DNA of 34,429 nucleotides. It comes from Burkholderiales bacterium. GTDB lineage: Bacteria; Actinomycetota; Thermoleophilia; Gaiellales; Gaiellaceae. Position numbers and translations under genes: made by a program. Positions within the stretch are counted from its first letter, which is position 1. Each line of letters opens with the position of its first letter. Positions 24,667-33,343 of the stretch are shown piece by piece. The stretch lies in contig JAICUZ010000001.1 in the NCBI GenBank assembly GCA_025935595.1, positions 1 to 34,429 of the forward strand, given 5' to 3'. The notes below the pieces were generated by a model. That model saw only the letters and a list, made by a program, of their open reading frames with translations. It was not told the DNA's origin and made no database searches.

Positions 24667-25107
24667 ATGGCGACGGTCCGGCACGCGGAGCCTGCGGATT
24701 ACGCATCCGTGATTGCAGTTATCGACGATTGGTGGGGCGGCCGCCCGATGTCGGCGATGCTGCCGAAGCTCTTCTTCATCCATTTCCGCGACACCTCGTT
24801 CGTGGCAGAAACGGGCGGTCGCGTCGTCGGCTTCCTCTGCGGCTTCCGGTCGCAGACGCACGACGACGAGGCATACATCCATTTCGTCGGTGTCGACCCG
24901 TCGCAGCGCGGCTCGGGGCTCGGGCGCGAGCTGTACGAGCGCTTCTTCGCGGCCGTCGCGCCTCGCACGGTCGTTCGCGCAGTGACCTCGCCGGTCAACG
25001 AGAAGTCGGTCGCCTTTCACCAGGCGCTCGGCTTCGAGGTGGAGCGGGTGGACGAGGACTACGACGGTCGCGGCGAGGCTCGTGTCCTCCTCTGGAAACG
25101 CCTCTAA
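24667..25107 (+). CDS. GNAT-family N-acetyltransferase
   Basis: From ATG 24667: ...VVGFLCGF...IHFVGVDPSQRGSGLGRELYERFF...FHQALGF, the acetyl-CoA binding Q/RxxGxG/A motif. The upstream 385 codons of the track ORF are antisense to the epimerase gene. Confidence 0.8.
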   Translation: MATVRHAEPADYASVIAVIDDWWGGRPMSAMLPKLFFIHFRDTSFVAETGGRVVGFLCGFRSQTHDDEAYIHFVGVDPSQRGSGLGRELYERFFAAVAPRTVVRAVTSPVNEKSVAFHQALGFEVERVDEDYDGRGEARVLLWKRL

Positions 25108-25150
25108 CGAGTGATTCGGCGTTGCCCGCGGAGCTGACGATAAGGCTCCG

Positions 25151-26491
25151 GTGGGGGCGCCGGTATACCGCGGGAACTTCGATGCGTCGCATGCCGAGCG
25201 GCTGCTCTGGCGCGCCGGCTTCGGCCCGCGTCCGGGTGAGGCGGCGAAGCTCGCGAAGCTCGGTCTCGACGGCGCCGTCCATTCGCTCCTGAATCCCGGA
25301 GTCGAGAAGCTCGTCGGGCCGAAGCCACACGACTCGAAGGGTCGCCCGTTCGCGCCGGCCGACGCGTGGGGTCACGACCATTGCTGGTGGCTCGACAAGA
25401 TGGTGCGCACGTCGCGTCCGCTCGTCGAGCGCATGGCGCTCGTCTGGCACGACTGGTTCGCGACGTCGAACGCAGGCGTCGGCGACCAGGGCCTGATGAT
25501 CGCCCAGAACCAGTTGTTCCGGAAGCACGGGCTCGGCTCGTTCGAGCAGCTGCTGCTCGACGTGACCGCGAATCCCGCGATGCTCGTCTGGCTCAACGGC
25601 ACCCAGAACACGAAGGACGCGCCGAACGAGAACTACGGTCGCGAGATGATGGAGCTGTTCACGCTCGGCGCCGACCGCGGTGCGTACACCGAGCGCGACG
25701 TCCGCGAGCAGGCGCGGGCTCTGACCGGCTGGACGAGCCGCTGGAGCCGCCGGAAGGGCGAATACGACTTCCATTTCGACGCGAGCCGTCACGACACCGG
25801 CATCAAGACGGTGTTCCGCAAGAGCGGTGACTACGCCTGGCGCGATGCATGCCATCTCTGTCTTTCGAACCCGAAGCACGCGTCGTTCTTCACCCAGAAG
25901 CTATGGAGCTACTTCATTCCCGTCGCGCCGGACGCGAAGACGCAGCGCGCGCTCGAAGCCGCCTACAACGGCAGCGGCCGCCAGATCAAGCCGGTACTCG
26001 ACATCGTGCTGAAGCATCCGGCGCTGCACACCGGGCCGCGCATGACGAAGCCGCCCGTCGTCCACATCGCCGGTCTCCTTCGCCGCCTCAACGCCGGCGT
26101 CACGACGGACGCGTGGGCGTGGATCGGCGGGCTCTCCGGCCAACAGCTCTTCTATCCGCCGAACGTCGCCGGCTGGGACGACTCGCGCTGGCTCGACACC
26201 GCGACGTTCCGCGGCCGGTGGATCGCCGTCGGCGAGATCCTCGGCGACCGCCGCCTCGATCCGGGCAAGGCGAAGGAGGCGATCGACGCGCCGACCACGC
26301 TCAAGCGCGCGCTCGCCTTCTGGAACAACCCGGAGCTGACGCCGGCGACGCACCGCCAGCTGCTCCGCTTCACGCAGCGCGCGCTGCACGACGCGCGCAC
26401 CGACAAGTGGAAGCAGGTGCAGTATCCGGTGCTCGTCGAGAACGCGCTTCGGCACCTGATCGCCGTGTCCCCCGACCTCCAGACGGCGTGA
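25151..26491 (+). CDS. DUF1800-family protein (function unknown)
   Basis: HAERLLWRAGFGPRPGE...MALVWHDWFATS...NENYGREMMELFTLG...VREQARALTGW...YPPNVAGW are the signature blocks I associate with DUF1800. Confidence 0.75.
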   Translation: MGAPVYRGNFDASHAERLLWRAGFGPRPGEAAKLAKLGLDGAVHSLLNPGVEKLVGPKPHDSKGRPFAPADAWGHDHCWWLDKMVRTSRPLVERMALVWHDWFATSNAGVGDQGLMIAQNQLFRKHGLGSFEQLLLDVTANPAMLVWLNGTQNTKDAPNENYGREMMELFTLGADRGAYTERDVREQARALTGWTSRWSRRKGEYDFHFDASRHDTGIKTVFRKSGDYAWRDACHLCLSNPKHASFFTQKLWSYFIPVAPDAKTQRALEAAYNGSGRQIKPVLDIVLKHPALHTGPRMTKPPVVHIAGLLRRLNAGVTTDAWAWIGGLSGQQLFYPPNVAGWDDSRWLDTATFRGRWIAVGEILGDRRLDPGKAKEAIDAPTTLKRALAFWNNPELTPATHRQLLRFTQRALHDARTDKWKQVQYPVLVENALRHLIAVSPDLQTA

Positions 26492-26511
26492 GCGTCGGCC
26501 GGGAGCGGGAA

Positions 26512-27864
26512 GTGAGCCGGATCGTCTGCGACGAGTGCACCCGGGCGGGTGCGCTGCGCGCGGTCGCCGGGCGTGGGCTGCCGTCGATCGAGCCCGGCAT
26601 GCCGACGCCGGCGGGAACCGGGCTGACGCGGCGCGGCTTCATGGCCCGGTCACTCGGCATGGCGCTGACGGTCTACGGCGCCGGCCGGCTCGACATCTTC
26701 GACGAGGGGATCGCCGCGGCCGCGACGATGCCGAAGAACCCGATCCTCGTCACCGTGTTCCTGCAGGGCGGCGCGGACGCGCTCTCGCTCCTCTCGCCGC
26801 AGGCCGATCCGCTCTATCGCAAGCTGCGTCCGAGCCTCGCGATCTCCGGCGGGACGGCGTTCGCCGAGGACGATCGGCTGTTCTGGCACCCGGCGCTCGA
26901 TCAGATCGCACAGCTGCACGGCGAAGGCAAGGTGACCGTGCTTCCTGCCGTCGGGTACGACCATCCCGACCAGTCGCATTTCACCTCTCGCCACTTCTGG
27001 GAGGTCGGCGCGACGGACTCCCGCTTGCTCACCGGCTGGCTGGGCCGGTACCTCGACGTGGTCGGCTCGCCCGACAACCCGCTGCAGGGCCTGTCGCTGA
27101 CCGGCTCGCTGGAGCCCGCGCTCGCGACCGCGAAGGTGCCGGTCGCCGCGATCGACGGCCCCGATCAATACGACTTCTGGTCGCCGGGTGTCTGGGGCCA
27201 GGTCGAGGACAGGATGCTCGAGGCGATCGGGATGCTCGGCAACGCAGGCGCGCACGATGCCGCGTCCCGCACGGCCGCGAAAGTTGCGGGACAGTCGGCG
27301 ACGCTCCGCCGCCAGCTCCAGCCGTTCGGCGGCAAGAAGCTCACGCCCGCCGTGCCGTACCCGGCCGGCAACGACTCGTTCCCGCGCAGCCTGCAGGGCC
27401 TCGCGGCGATGATCGCCGCCGGGCTGCCGCTGCGGTGCGTCGCGCTCGAGGCGACCGGGGAGTACGACACGCACGCGAGCCAGGCGTCCGAGCTGACACC
27501 GGCGCTGACGACGACCGCCGCATCGCTGTACGCGTTCCAGCGCGACCTCGAGGCGCGCGGCGTCGCCGATCGCGTGCTGACGCTCGTCTGGACGGAGTTC
27601 GGCCGGCGTGCCGAGGAGAACGGCTCCGGCGGAACCGACCACGGCGCGGCCGGCACCGGGTTCCTGATCGGTACGAAGGTCGCGGGCACGCAGGTCGGCG
27701 AGTACCCGGGCCTCGCGAGCGGGCTCGACCGCGACGGCAACCTGAAGGCGACGAGCGACTTCCGCGGCGTCTACGCGGCGCTGCTCGAGCAGTGGCTGCG
27801 CTTCGACGCCGAGCGAATCCTCCCGCACATCTCGAAGTTCAAGCGGCCGACGCTCGTCAAGTGA
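26512..27864 (+). CDS. DUF1501-family protein with twin-arginine (Tat) signal (alkaline-phosphatase/sulfatase-like fold, function unknown)
   Basis: GTG 26512 follows GGGAGCGGGAA. The Tat motif is LTRRGFMARSLGMALTV. Conserved blocks are FLQGGADALS, GYDHPDQSHF, YDTHA, EFGRR...GTDHG. Only the 3' part of track ORF 25849..27864 is used. Confidence 0.8.
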   Translation: MSRIVCDECTRAGALRAVAGRGLPSIEPGMPTPAGTGLTRRGFMARSLGMALTVYGAGRLDIFDEGIAAAATMPKNPILVTVFLQGGADALSLLSPQADPLYRKLRPSLAISGGTAFAEDDRLFWHPALDQIAQLHGEGKVTVLPAVGYDHPDQSHFTSRHFWEVGATDSRLLTGWLGRYLDVVGSPDNPLQGLSLTGSLEPALATAKVPVAAIDGPDQYDFWSPGVWGQVEDRMLEAIGMLGNAGAHDAASRTAAKVAGQSATLRRQLQPFGGKKLTPAVPYPAGNDSFPRSLQGLAAMIAAGLPLRCVALEATGEYDTHASQASELTPALTTTAASLYAFQRDLEARGVADRVLTLVWTEFGRRAEENGSGGTDHGAAGTGFLIGTKVAGTQVGEYPGLASGLDRDGNLKATSDFRGVYAALLEQWLRFDAERILPHISKFKRPTLVK

Positions 27865-28214
27865 AGCTCGCGGTCCTGACGGGCCTGCTCGGGCTCTCGC
27901 TGTTCCACGCGACGCCAAAGGCGGCGGCGCCGTCGCGCGTACAGGTGGTGGCGCGTGAGTACTCGTTCTCGCTCTCGCGGGTCCGGGTGCACTCAGGCGC
28001 GGCGGTGATCGAGCTGGCGAACTTCGGCCAGGACCTGCACGACCTGCGGGTGCAGCGCATCGGTGCGAAGCACATCGCCGGACTGGGCGTCGTCCCCGCC
28101 GGCGGCCGCGCCGACTTGACGCTGAAGCTGGCGCCGGGGCGATACTCGTTCTGGTGCTCGGTCGCAAACCATCGCCAGCTCGGCATGAAGACCACACTGG
28201 TCGTCACGCGCTAG
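27861..28214 (+). CDS. cupredoxin (type-1 blue copper protein-like), signal peptide or N-terminal anchor
   Basis: The GTG at 27861 overlaps the DUF1501 stop (GTGA). N-terminal VKLAVLTGLLGLSLF. Candidate Cu ligands are H in NFGQDLHDL and C-x4-H-x4-M in FWCSVANHRQLGM. Confidence 0.7.
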   Translation: MKLAVLTGLLGLSLFHATPKAAAPSRVQVVAREYSFSLSRVRVHSGAAVIELANFGQDLHDLRVQRIGAKHIAGLGVVPAGGRADLTLKLAPGRYSFWCSVANHRQLGMKTTLVVTR

Positions 28215-28942
28215 TCGTCGACGAGGCGGGCGACCCGGACGGGACGCCCGTCGTCTACCTGCACGGCGGCGGCGACTCGCGGCTCTCACGCCATCCCGAC
28301 GACGCGATCGCGACGTCGCTCGGCGTGCGCCTGCTGGCCGTCGACCGCTGTGGACCGGCGCGTCGCTTCGGGTCGCTTCGCGCGTGGGCGGAGTCGACCG
28401 CGGCTGAGCTCGATCTCGAGCGGTTCGGCGTGATCGGCTGGTCGGCGGGAGGTCCGCACGCACTGGCGCTTGCGGCGGTCGCTCCGGAGCGCGTCGCGCG
28501 CGTCGCGCTGGTCGGGTCGATGCCGCCGATCGATCTGGTCGCGGAGCTACAGCGTGACGTGCGCGCGGCGATGCGGGTCGCACGTGTCTCGCCGCGTGTG
28601 GCGGCTCGCGGGCTCGAGCGGTGGGGGAGGCAGCCGACGCCGCCGACCGGCGACCCCGCGTGCGACGAGGCGTATGCGCGCGGCCGCGTCGAGTCGTTCC
28701 GGCACGGCGGACTGTGGCTCGCGCGCGAGCTGGCGTACCTCGGCCGGCCGTGGGGGTTCGACCTCGCCGACGTGCGCGCACCGGTGACGCTCTGGTGGGG
28801 GAGAGACGATCACGTGTGCCCGCCGCCGATCGGCGAGGCGTTCGCGGAGCGACTGCCGCACGCAGACCTTCGGCTGGTCGACGGCAACCACCAGCTGCTC
28901 TTCAGCCGCTGGCGCGACATCCTCGCTAGCGCGGCGGCCTGA
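28154..28942 (+). CDS. alpha/beta-fold hydrolase
   Basis: Oxyanion region VVYLHGGGDS, nucleophile elbow GWSAGG, and C-terminal GNHQLL (catalytic His). The only in-frame start is ATG 28154, which overlaps the cupredoxin gene by 61 nt, so the true N-terminus is uncertain. Confidence 0.65.
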   Translation: MLGRKPSPARHEDHTGRHALVVDEAGDPDGTPVVYLHGGGDSRLSRHPDDAIATSLGVRLLAVDRCGPARRFGSLRAWAESTAAELDLERFGVIGWSAGGPHALALAAVAPERVARVALVGSMPPIDLVAELQRDVRAAMRVARVSPRVAARGLERWGRQPTPPTGDPACDEAYARGRVESFRHGGLWLARELAYLGRPWGFDLADVRAPVTLWWGRDDHVCPPPIGEAFAERLPHADLRLVDGNHQLLFSRWRDILASAAA

Positions 28943-29528
28943 GCGCCGCGAACTCGTCGGTCACCTCGAGCCGCTGCGACGCGAAGCGGAAGAGCGCCGC
29001 GGGCCGACCGCCGGTGCGGCCCGGGGCGCGGTGGCCGTCCACCCGCTCGAGGGCGCCGCGGCGGAGCAGCACCCGCTGCAGGTTCGTGGCCGACACGTCA
29101 TGGCCGAGCGCCGCGACGTACAGCTCGCGCAGCTCCGAGATCGTGAACACCTCGGGTGCGAGCGCGAAGCCGAGGTTGGTGTACGAGAGCTTCGCGCGCA
29201 GCCGCGCCTGCGCCGCGCCGACGAGCTCGCGCTCCTCGGGCGGCGTGCGCGTCCCCACCACACGCCAGTCGCCGGTGAGCTCGGTGCCCGGACGTGCGAA
29301 CCCGAGGTAGACCGTCGCGAGCGTGCCGTCGCGGAGGATCCGCGTTTCGAGCTGCTCGAGATGAGCAAGCTGGCCGACCTCGATCGCCCGCTCGAGCGCG
29401 CGCGCCAGTGACTCGCCGGGCAGCCGGCCGACCCGGCGCAGAAGCGCCTCGAGCCGGCCGCCGTGAACCCTCATCACGACGGCGACGACCGCGTGCGAAG
29501 TAGAATTCGGCACAGGTTTTCGTCCCAT
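28926..29528 (-). CDS. NrtR-like regulator: degenerate Nudix-like N-domain + C-terminal winged-helix
   Basis: The C-terminal KLSYTNLGFALAPEVFTISELRELYVAALGHDVSATNLQRVLLRRGALE matches the NrtR-type wHTH domain. In the N-terminal region, LPGESLARALERAIEVGQ looks like a shortened Nudix box lacking the full REx2EE pattern. Confidence 0.6.
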   Translation of the reverse strand: MGRKPVPNSTSHAVVAVVMRVHGGRLEALLRRVGRLPGESLARALERAIEVGQLAHLEQLETRILRDGTLATVYLGFARPGTELTGDWRVVGTRTPPEERELVGAAQARLRAKLSYTNLGFALAPEVFTISELRELYVAALGHDVSATNLQRVLLRRGALERVDGHRAPGRTGGRPAALFRFASQRLEVTDEFAALRPPR

Positions 29529-29550
29529 AGTCTAAAACCTCGGAGGACTC

Positions 29551-30576
29551 GTGAAGCGACTCATCGGAATCGCCCTCGTTGCGGCTCTCGCGCTGGTCGC
29601 GGCCGGCTGCGGATCCAAGAAATCGTCGACCGGTTCGACCACCACGACGCAGGCTTCTACATTCAAGGTCGGGCTCTCGACCGACACGGGCGGGCTGAAC
29701 GACAAGAGCTTCAACCACCTCGCCTACGTCGGCCTCCAGCGCGCACACGCGCAGCTCGGGGTTCAGACCCGCGTCGTCACCGCGGCGTCGTCGTCCGACT
29801 ACATCCCGAACCTCACGGCGCTCGCCCGCCAGGGGTACAACCTCGTGATCGGCGTCGGCTTCACGGAGATCGAGGCGATGAAGGCCGTCGCCAAGCACTT
29901 CCCGAAGACCCATTTCGCGATCGTCGACGTGTCGAACGCCGACGAAGGCGGGCTGAAGAACGTCGAGGGCCTCCTGTTCAAGGAGCAGGAGGCGGGCTAT
30001 CTCGCCGGCTACGCCGCCGGGCTCGCGGCGAAGGAACGCGGCGGCAAGGCGGTCTCGTCGGTCGGCGGGCAGAAGCAGCCGCCGGTCGACCGCTACATCG
30101 CCGGCTTCCAGGCCGGCGCGAAGGCTGCGTTCCCGGGCGTGCAGACGCTGAACGGGTACTCGAACGACTTCGAGAAGCTCGCGCTCTGCAAAGAGGTCGC
30201 GCTGAACCAGATCGCCGACGGCTCGGTCGTCGTGTTCCAGGTGGCGGGCGGCTGCGGCCTCGGCGCGCTCGACGCCGCGAAGGAGAAGGACGTCTGGGGC
30301 GTCGGCGTCGACGCCGACCAGGGCTACCTCGGCAGCTACGTGCTCACCTCCGCGCTCAAGCGGGTGGACACTGCCGTGTTCGACTCGATCAAGGACGCCA
30401 AGGACGGCAAGTTCAAGGGCGGGGAGGACGCCGTGTACGGGCTCGACGTCAACGGCGTCGGCATCGGGAAGTTCTCGCCGAAGACTCCGGCGGGAATCGA
30501 AGACAAGGTGCAGCAGATCAAGCAGCAGATCGCGGACGGGAAGATCAAGGACATCCCGACGATCGTGAAGAAGTGA
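29551..30576 (+). CDS. BMP-family (Med/PnrA-like) ABC-transporter substrate-binding lipoprotein
   Basis: Lipobox LVAAGC after MKRLIGIALVAALA, a Ser/Thr linker, then FKVGLSTDTGGLNDKSFN...GVGF...AIVD...GVGVDADQ, typical of basic-membrane-protein purine-nucleoside binders. Confidence 0.8.
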   Translation: MKRLIGIALVAALALVAAGCGSKKSSTGSTTTTQASTFKVGLSTDTGGLNDKSFNHLAYVGLQRAHAQLGVQTRVVTAASSSDYIPNLTALARQGYNLVIGVGFTEIEAMKAVAKHFPKTHFAIVDVSNADEGGLKNVEGLLFKEQEAGYLAGYAAGLAAKERGGKAVSSVGGQKQPPVDRYIAGFQAGAKAAFPGVQTLNGYSNDFEKLALCKEVALNQIADGSVVVFQVAGGCGLGALDAAKEKDVWGVGVDADQGYLGSYVLTSALKRVDTAVFDSIKDAKDGKFKGGEDAVYGLDVNGVGIGKFSPKTPAGIEDKVQQIKQQIADGKIKDIPTIVKK

Positions 30577-30580
30577 GCGT

Positions 30581-30973
30581 TTGGCGGAACTGACCGACGC
30601 ACAGCTCACGCTGCTTCGCGACCGGAACTTCGGCGTCGTCGCGACGCTGAAGTCGGACGGCTCACCGCAGACGAGCGTCGTGTGGATCGACACCGACGGC
30701 GAGCACGTGATCTTCAACACGCGCAACGATCGCGCCAAGGGAAGGCACCTGCGGCGCGATCCGCGCGTGAGCGTCACCATCTTCGACGCTGAGCGTGCCT
30801 ATCGGTATTTCGAGGTGGAGGGCGTTGCTGAGCTCGAGGTCGAAGGTGCGAACGAGCACATCCACGAGCTGTCGCGGAAGTACAACGACGGCAAGGACTT
30901 CCACACCCCGGAGAACCGCGTGATCGTGAAGGTCACGCCGCGGCGGATCTTCGACTACCAAGTCTCCAGCTAG
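30581..30973 (+). CDS. PPOX-class F420-dependent (pyridoxamine-5'-phosphate-oxidase-fold) protein
   Basis: LLRDRNFGVVATLKSDGSPQTSVVWIDTDGEHVIFNT...AKGRHLRRDPRVSVTI...YFEVEGVAE...YNDGKDF is typical of the TIGR03618-type family. The TTG start is uncertain. Confidence 0.75.
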   Translation: MAELTDAQLTLLRDRNFGVVATLKSDGSPQTSVVWIDTDGEHVIFNTRNDRAKGRHLRRDPRVSVTIFDAERAYRYFEVEGVAELEVEGANEHIHELSRKYNDGKDFHTPENRVIVKVTPRRIFDYQVSS

Positions 30974-30984
30974 CGTTCGCAAGC

Positions 30985-31893
30985 GTGAAGCGATCGTTCG
31001 GCATCGTCGTCGTCGCGTTTGCCGCGGCGCTGTGGGGTCTGGACGCGTTGATCCGCGGTCCTCTCGCCTCGACCACGACGCCCGCGACGATCGTCTTCGG
31101 CGAGCACCTCGTCCTCGTCGTCCTGACGCTGCCGCTCGCGGCCGGCGCCCTCGCCGCCGTCTTCCGGCTCGGCTGGCGGCACCTCCTCGCGGCGGTCGCC
31201 GTCGGCGCCGGGGCCTCCGCGGTCGCGACGATCCTGTTCACCGAGGCGTTGTTCACCCACAACGACTTCGTCACACCGGTCGTTCTGCAGAAGGTGCAGC
31301 CGGTCTTCGCGGTGCTCGGTGCGATGGTGGTGCTCGACGAGCGGCCGGGCCGCCGCTACGTGCCCTATTTCGTCGCGGCGCTCGCCGGGACGTGGTTCAT
31401 GGGCGTCCCGCATCCGTTCCATCCAGAGGCACACGGCCTCGCGACGATGTCGTATGCGCTCGGCGCGGCACTCTTGTGGGGCCTCGGGACGGTGTTCGGC
31501 CGCTACCTCGCGCGCGACCTGCGCTTCGAGCACGTCACGACGCTGCGGTTCCTGTTCGGCCTCCCCGCCAGCGCGATCGCCCTGCTCGTGCTCGGCGTCC
31601 CGGCGTTCGCGTCCTGGCACGACTCGGGCTGGATCACGGTCCTGGCGCTCGTGACAGGCTTCGCAGCGATGTTCCTCTACTACTACGGGCTCCGCTCGAC
31701 TCCGGCCGTTGCGGCGACGCTCGCAGAGCTCGCCTTCCCAGTCACTGCCGTCCTCGTCGGCTACCTCAAGTTCGGCCAGACCCTCAGCGGCTGGCAATGG
31801 TTCGGTGTCGCGCTGACGAGCACCATCGTCGCTCTGCTGCCCGCACGCCCGCAGGACGTCGCGGCACCGATCGGCGCGCCGGTCCCGGCGTGA
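30985..31893 (+). CDS. EamA/DMT-family transporter
   Basis: 302 aa and about 10 TM helices in two homologous halves (AFAAALWGLDAL...; ALGAALLWGLGTVFGRYL...). Confidence 0.7.
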   Translation: MKRSFGIVVVAFAAALWGLDALIRGPLASTTTPATIVFGEHLVLVVLTLPLAAGALAAVFRLGWRHLLAAVAVGAGASAVATILFTEALFTHNDFVTPVVLQKVQPVFAVLGAMVVLDERPGRRYVPYFVAALAGTWFMGVPHPFHPEAHGLATMSYALGAALLWGLGTVFGRYLARDLRFEHVTTLRFLFGLPASAIALLVLGVPAFASWHDSGWITVLALVTGFAAMFLYYYGLRSTPAVAATLAELAFPVTAVLVGYLKFGQTLSGWQWFGVALTSTIVALLPARPQDVAAPIGAPVPA

Positions 31894-33275
31894 AGCCGAC
31901 AGTCCCTCCGGGCGAGCAACCTGCGTGGTGGCTGCGCGACGCCGACGACGGCGAGCGCTCGCCGTCGCTTCGCAGCGACCTCGACGTCGACGTCGCGATC
32001 GTCGGCGGCGGCTTCACCGGGCTCTGGACAGCGCTCGCGTTGCGCGCGCTTCCCGAGCCCCCGCGTGTCGCGCTGCTCGAGTCGGAGTTTTGCGGCTGGG
32101 GGCCGAGCGGTCGCAACGGCGGCTTCTGCCACGGCTACTGGTCGTACCTGCCGACGCTCCGCGACCTGTTCGGCGACGAGGCGGCGCTTCGGCTGTGCGC
32201 CGCGGGCGACCAGATCATCCCCGGCATCCGCACGTTTCTGGCCGAGCGCGGGGAGGACGCATGGCTCCGCGAAGACGGCCTCCTCGAGGTGTCGACGGCG
32301 ACGTCGCAGGATCCCGAGATCGACGGGCAGGTCGCCGCCGCGCGGGAGGTCGGCCACCCTGAACAGGCAGAGCTCAGGGAGTCGCCCGGCATCTCCCCGC
32401 GGTTCCGCCGCGGAGTGTTCTTCCGTGACGGCGCGACCGTGCATCCCGCGCGGCTCGTACGCGCGCTCCGGCGCGCCGTGCTCGCGGACGGCGTCGAGGT
32501 CTACGAAGGAACGCGCGCCCAGCTGCGCACCGACGGCACGATCGCCGCGAACGGCCGCACTGTCCGTGCGAAGGACGTCGTTGTCGCGACGAACGCCGCC
32601 GCCACCGAATGGCGGCCGGTCCGCGGGCGGCTGACGGTGTTCGGCAGCTACGTCGTGCTCACCGAGCCCGTGCCGGACCTCCTTCGCGAGACCGGCTGGA
32701 CCGACGGGCTCGGGATCTACGACGCGCGCATGTTCCTGCACTACTTCCGGACGACGAACGACGGGCGCGTGCTGATGGGGTCCGGCTCCGGCCCGATCGG
32801 CTTCGGCGCGCGCATCGACGAGCGATTCACCCACGACGCCCCGACTGCGGGACGTGCGGAAGAGGGCCTGCGCCGTCTGCTGCCCGCGCTCGCCGACGTA
32901 AAGGTCGAGGCTGCGTGGGGTGGCCCGATCGACGTCTCGGCCGACCACGTGCCGTTCATCGGCACCGTCCCGTCGACGCGGATCCACTACGCGCTCGGCT
33001 ACTCGGGGCACGGTGTCGGCCCTTCGTGGCTCGCAGGGCGTGTGCTCGCGTCGCTCGCCGCCGGCGCGGACGACGAGTGGACGCGCCTGCCGCTCGTCGA
33101 GCGCAAGGTCGCCCGCGTACCGCGCGAGCCGGTGCGCCGGATCGGCGGCGGGGTGATCCGCGCCGCGATCCTCTCGCTCGAAGAGGCCGAGGAGCACGGC
33201 CGTCGCGGCAGTCCGGTGGCCAAAGCGGTCGCCGGGATCCCGCGCCTGCTCGGAATGAAGCTCGGCACGCGCTGA
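31890..33275 (+). CDS. FAD-dependent oxidoreductase (DAO family, PuuB/OrdL-like)
   Basis: The GTG at 31890 overlaps the EamA stop (GTGA). Dinucleotide fold [18 protein letters not shown], then [11 protein letters not shown], and C-terminal [10 protein letters not shown]. Only the 3' part of track ORF 31032..33275 is used. Confidence 0.8.
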   Translation: MKPTVPPGEQPAWWLRDADDGERSPSLRSDLDVDVAIVGGGFTGLWTALALRALPEPPRVALLESEFCGWGPSGRNGGFCHGYWSYLPTLRDLFGDEAALRLCAAGDQIIPGIRTFLAERGEDAWLREDGLLEVSTATSQDPEIDGQVAAAREVGHPEQAELRESPGISPRFRRGVFFRDGATVHPARLVRALRRAVLADGVEVYEGTRAQLRTDGTIAANGRTVRAKDVVVATNAAATEWRPVRGRLTVFGSYVVLTEPVPDLLRETGWTDGLGIYDARMFLHYFRTTNDGRVLMGSGSGPIGFGARIDERFTHDAPTAGRAEEGLRRLLPALADVKVEAAWGGPIDVSADHVPFIGTVPSTRIHYALGYSGHGVGPSWLAGRVLASLAAGADDEWTRLPLVERKVARVPREPVRRIGGGVIRAAILSLEEAEEHGRRGSPVAKAVAGIPRLLGMKLGTR

Positions 33276-33278
33276 GCC

Positions 33279-33321
33279 GCGCATTTCGCCGTCAGGACGG
33301 TTGTCGGTTGACGAAATGCGC
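33279..33321 (+). promoter_or_regulatory. 10-bp inverted repeat (GCGCATTTCG ... CGAAATGCGC) overlapping a TTGACG -35-like hexamer, upstream of the lrp-family gene
   Basis: The repeat starts 4 nt after the oxidoreductase stop. The arms are separated by 23 nt containing the inner hairpin CCGTcaggACGG. TTGACG at 33308-33313 is followed 17 nt later by ATAGAA. Confidence 0.35.
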
Positions 33322-33343
33322 AGGAATCCGATAGAACCGCGGC

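Noticed and set aside
26650-28197. The 515-aa minus-strand ORF, and the 559-aa plus-strand ORF 26535..28214.
   Set aside because: Both are Arg/Pro/Ala-rich shadows of the DUF1501 gene. Only the last 117 codons of the plus-strand ORF (the cupredoxin, from GTG 27861) look like real protein.
29098-30780. A 560-aa minus-strand ORF spanning the NrtR-like, BMP and PPOX genes.
   Set aside because: It is antisense to the BMP lipoprotein and PPOX genes, which have strong family motifs. Its composition is low-complexity (Arg/Asp/Leu/Val) with no motifs.
31761-33284. A 507-aa minus-strand ORF, together with the 5' 286 codons of ORF 31032..33275.
   Set aside because: The first is antisense to the FAD oxidoreductase. 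The second overlaps the EamA gene in another frame. Both are Arg-rich and lack motifs. The oxidoreductase begins at GTG 31890 with the dinucleotide-binding fold shortly after.
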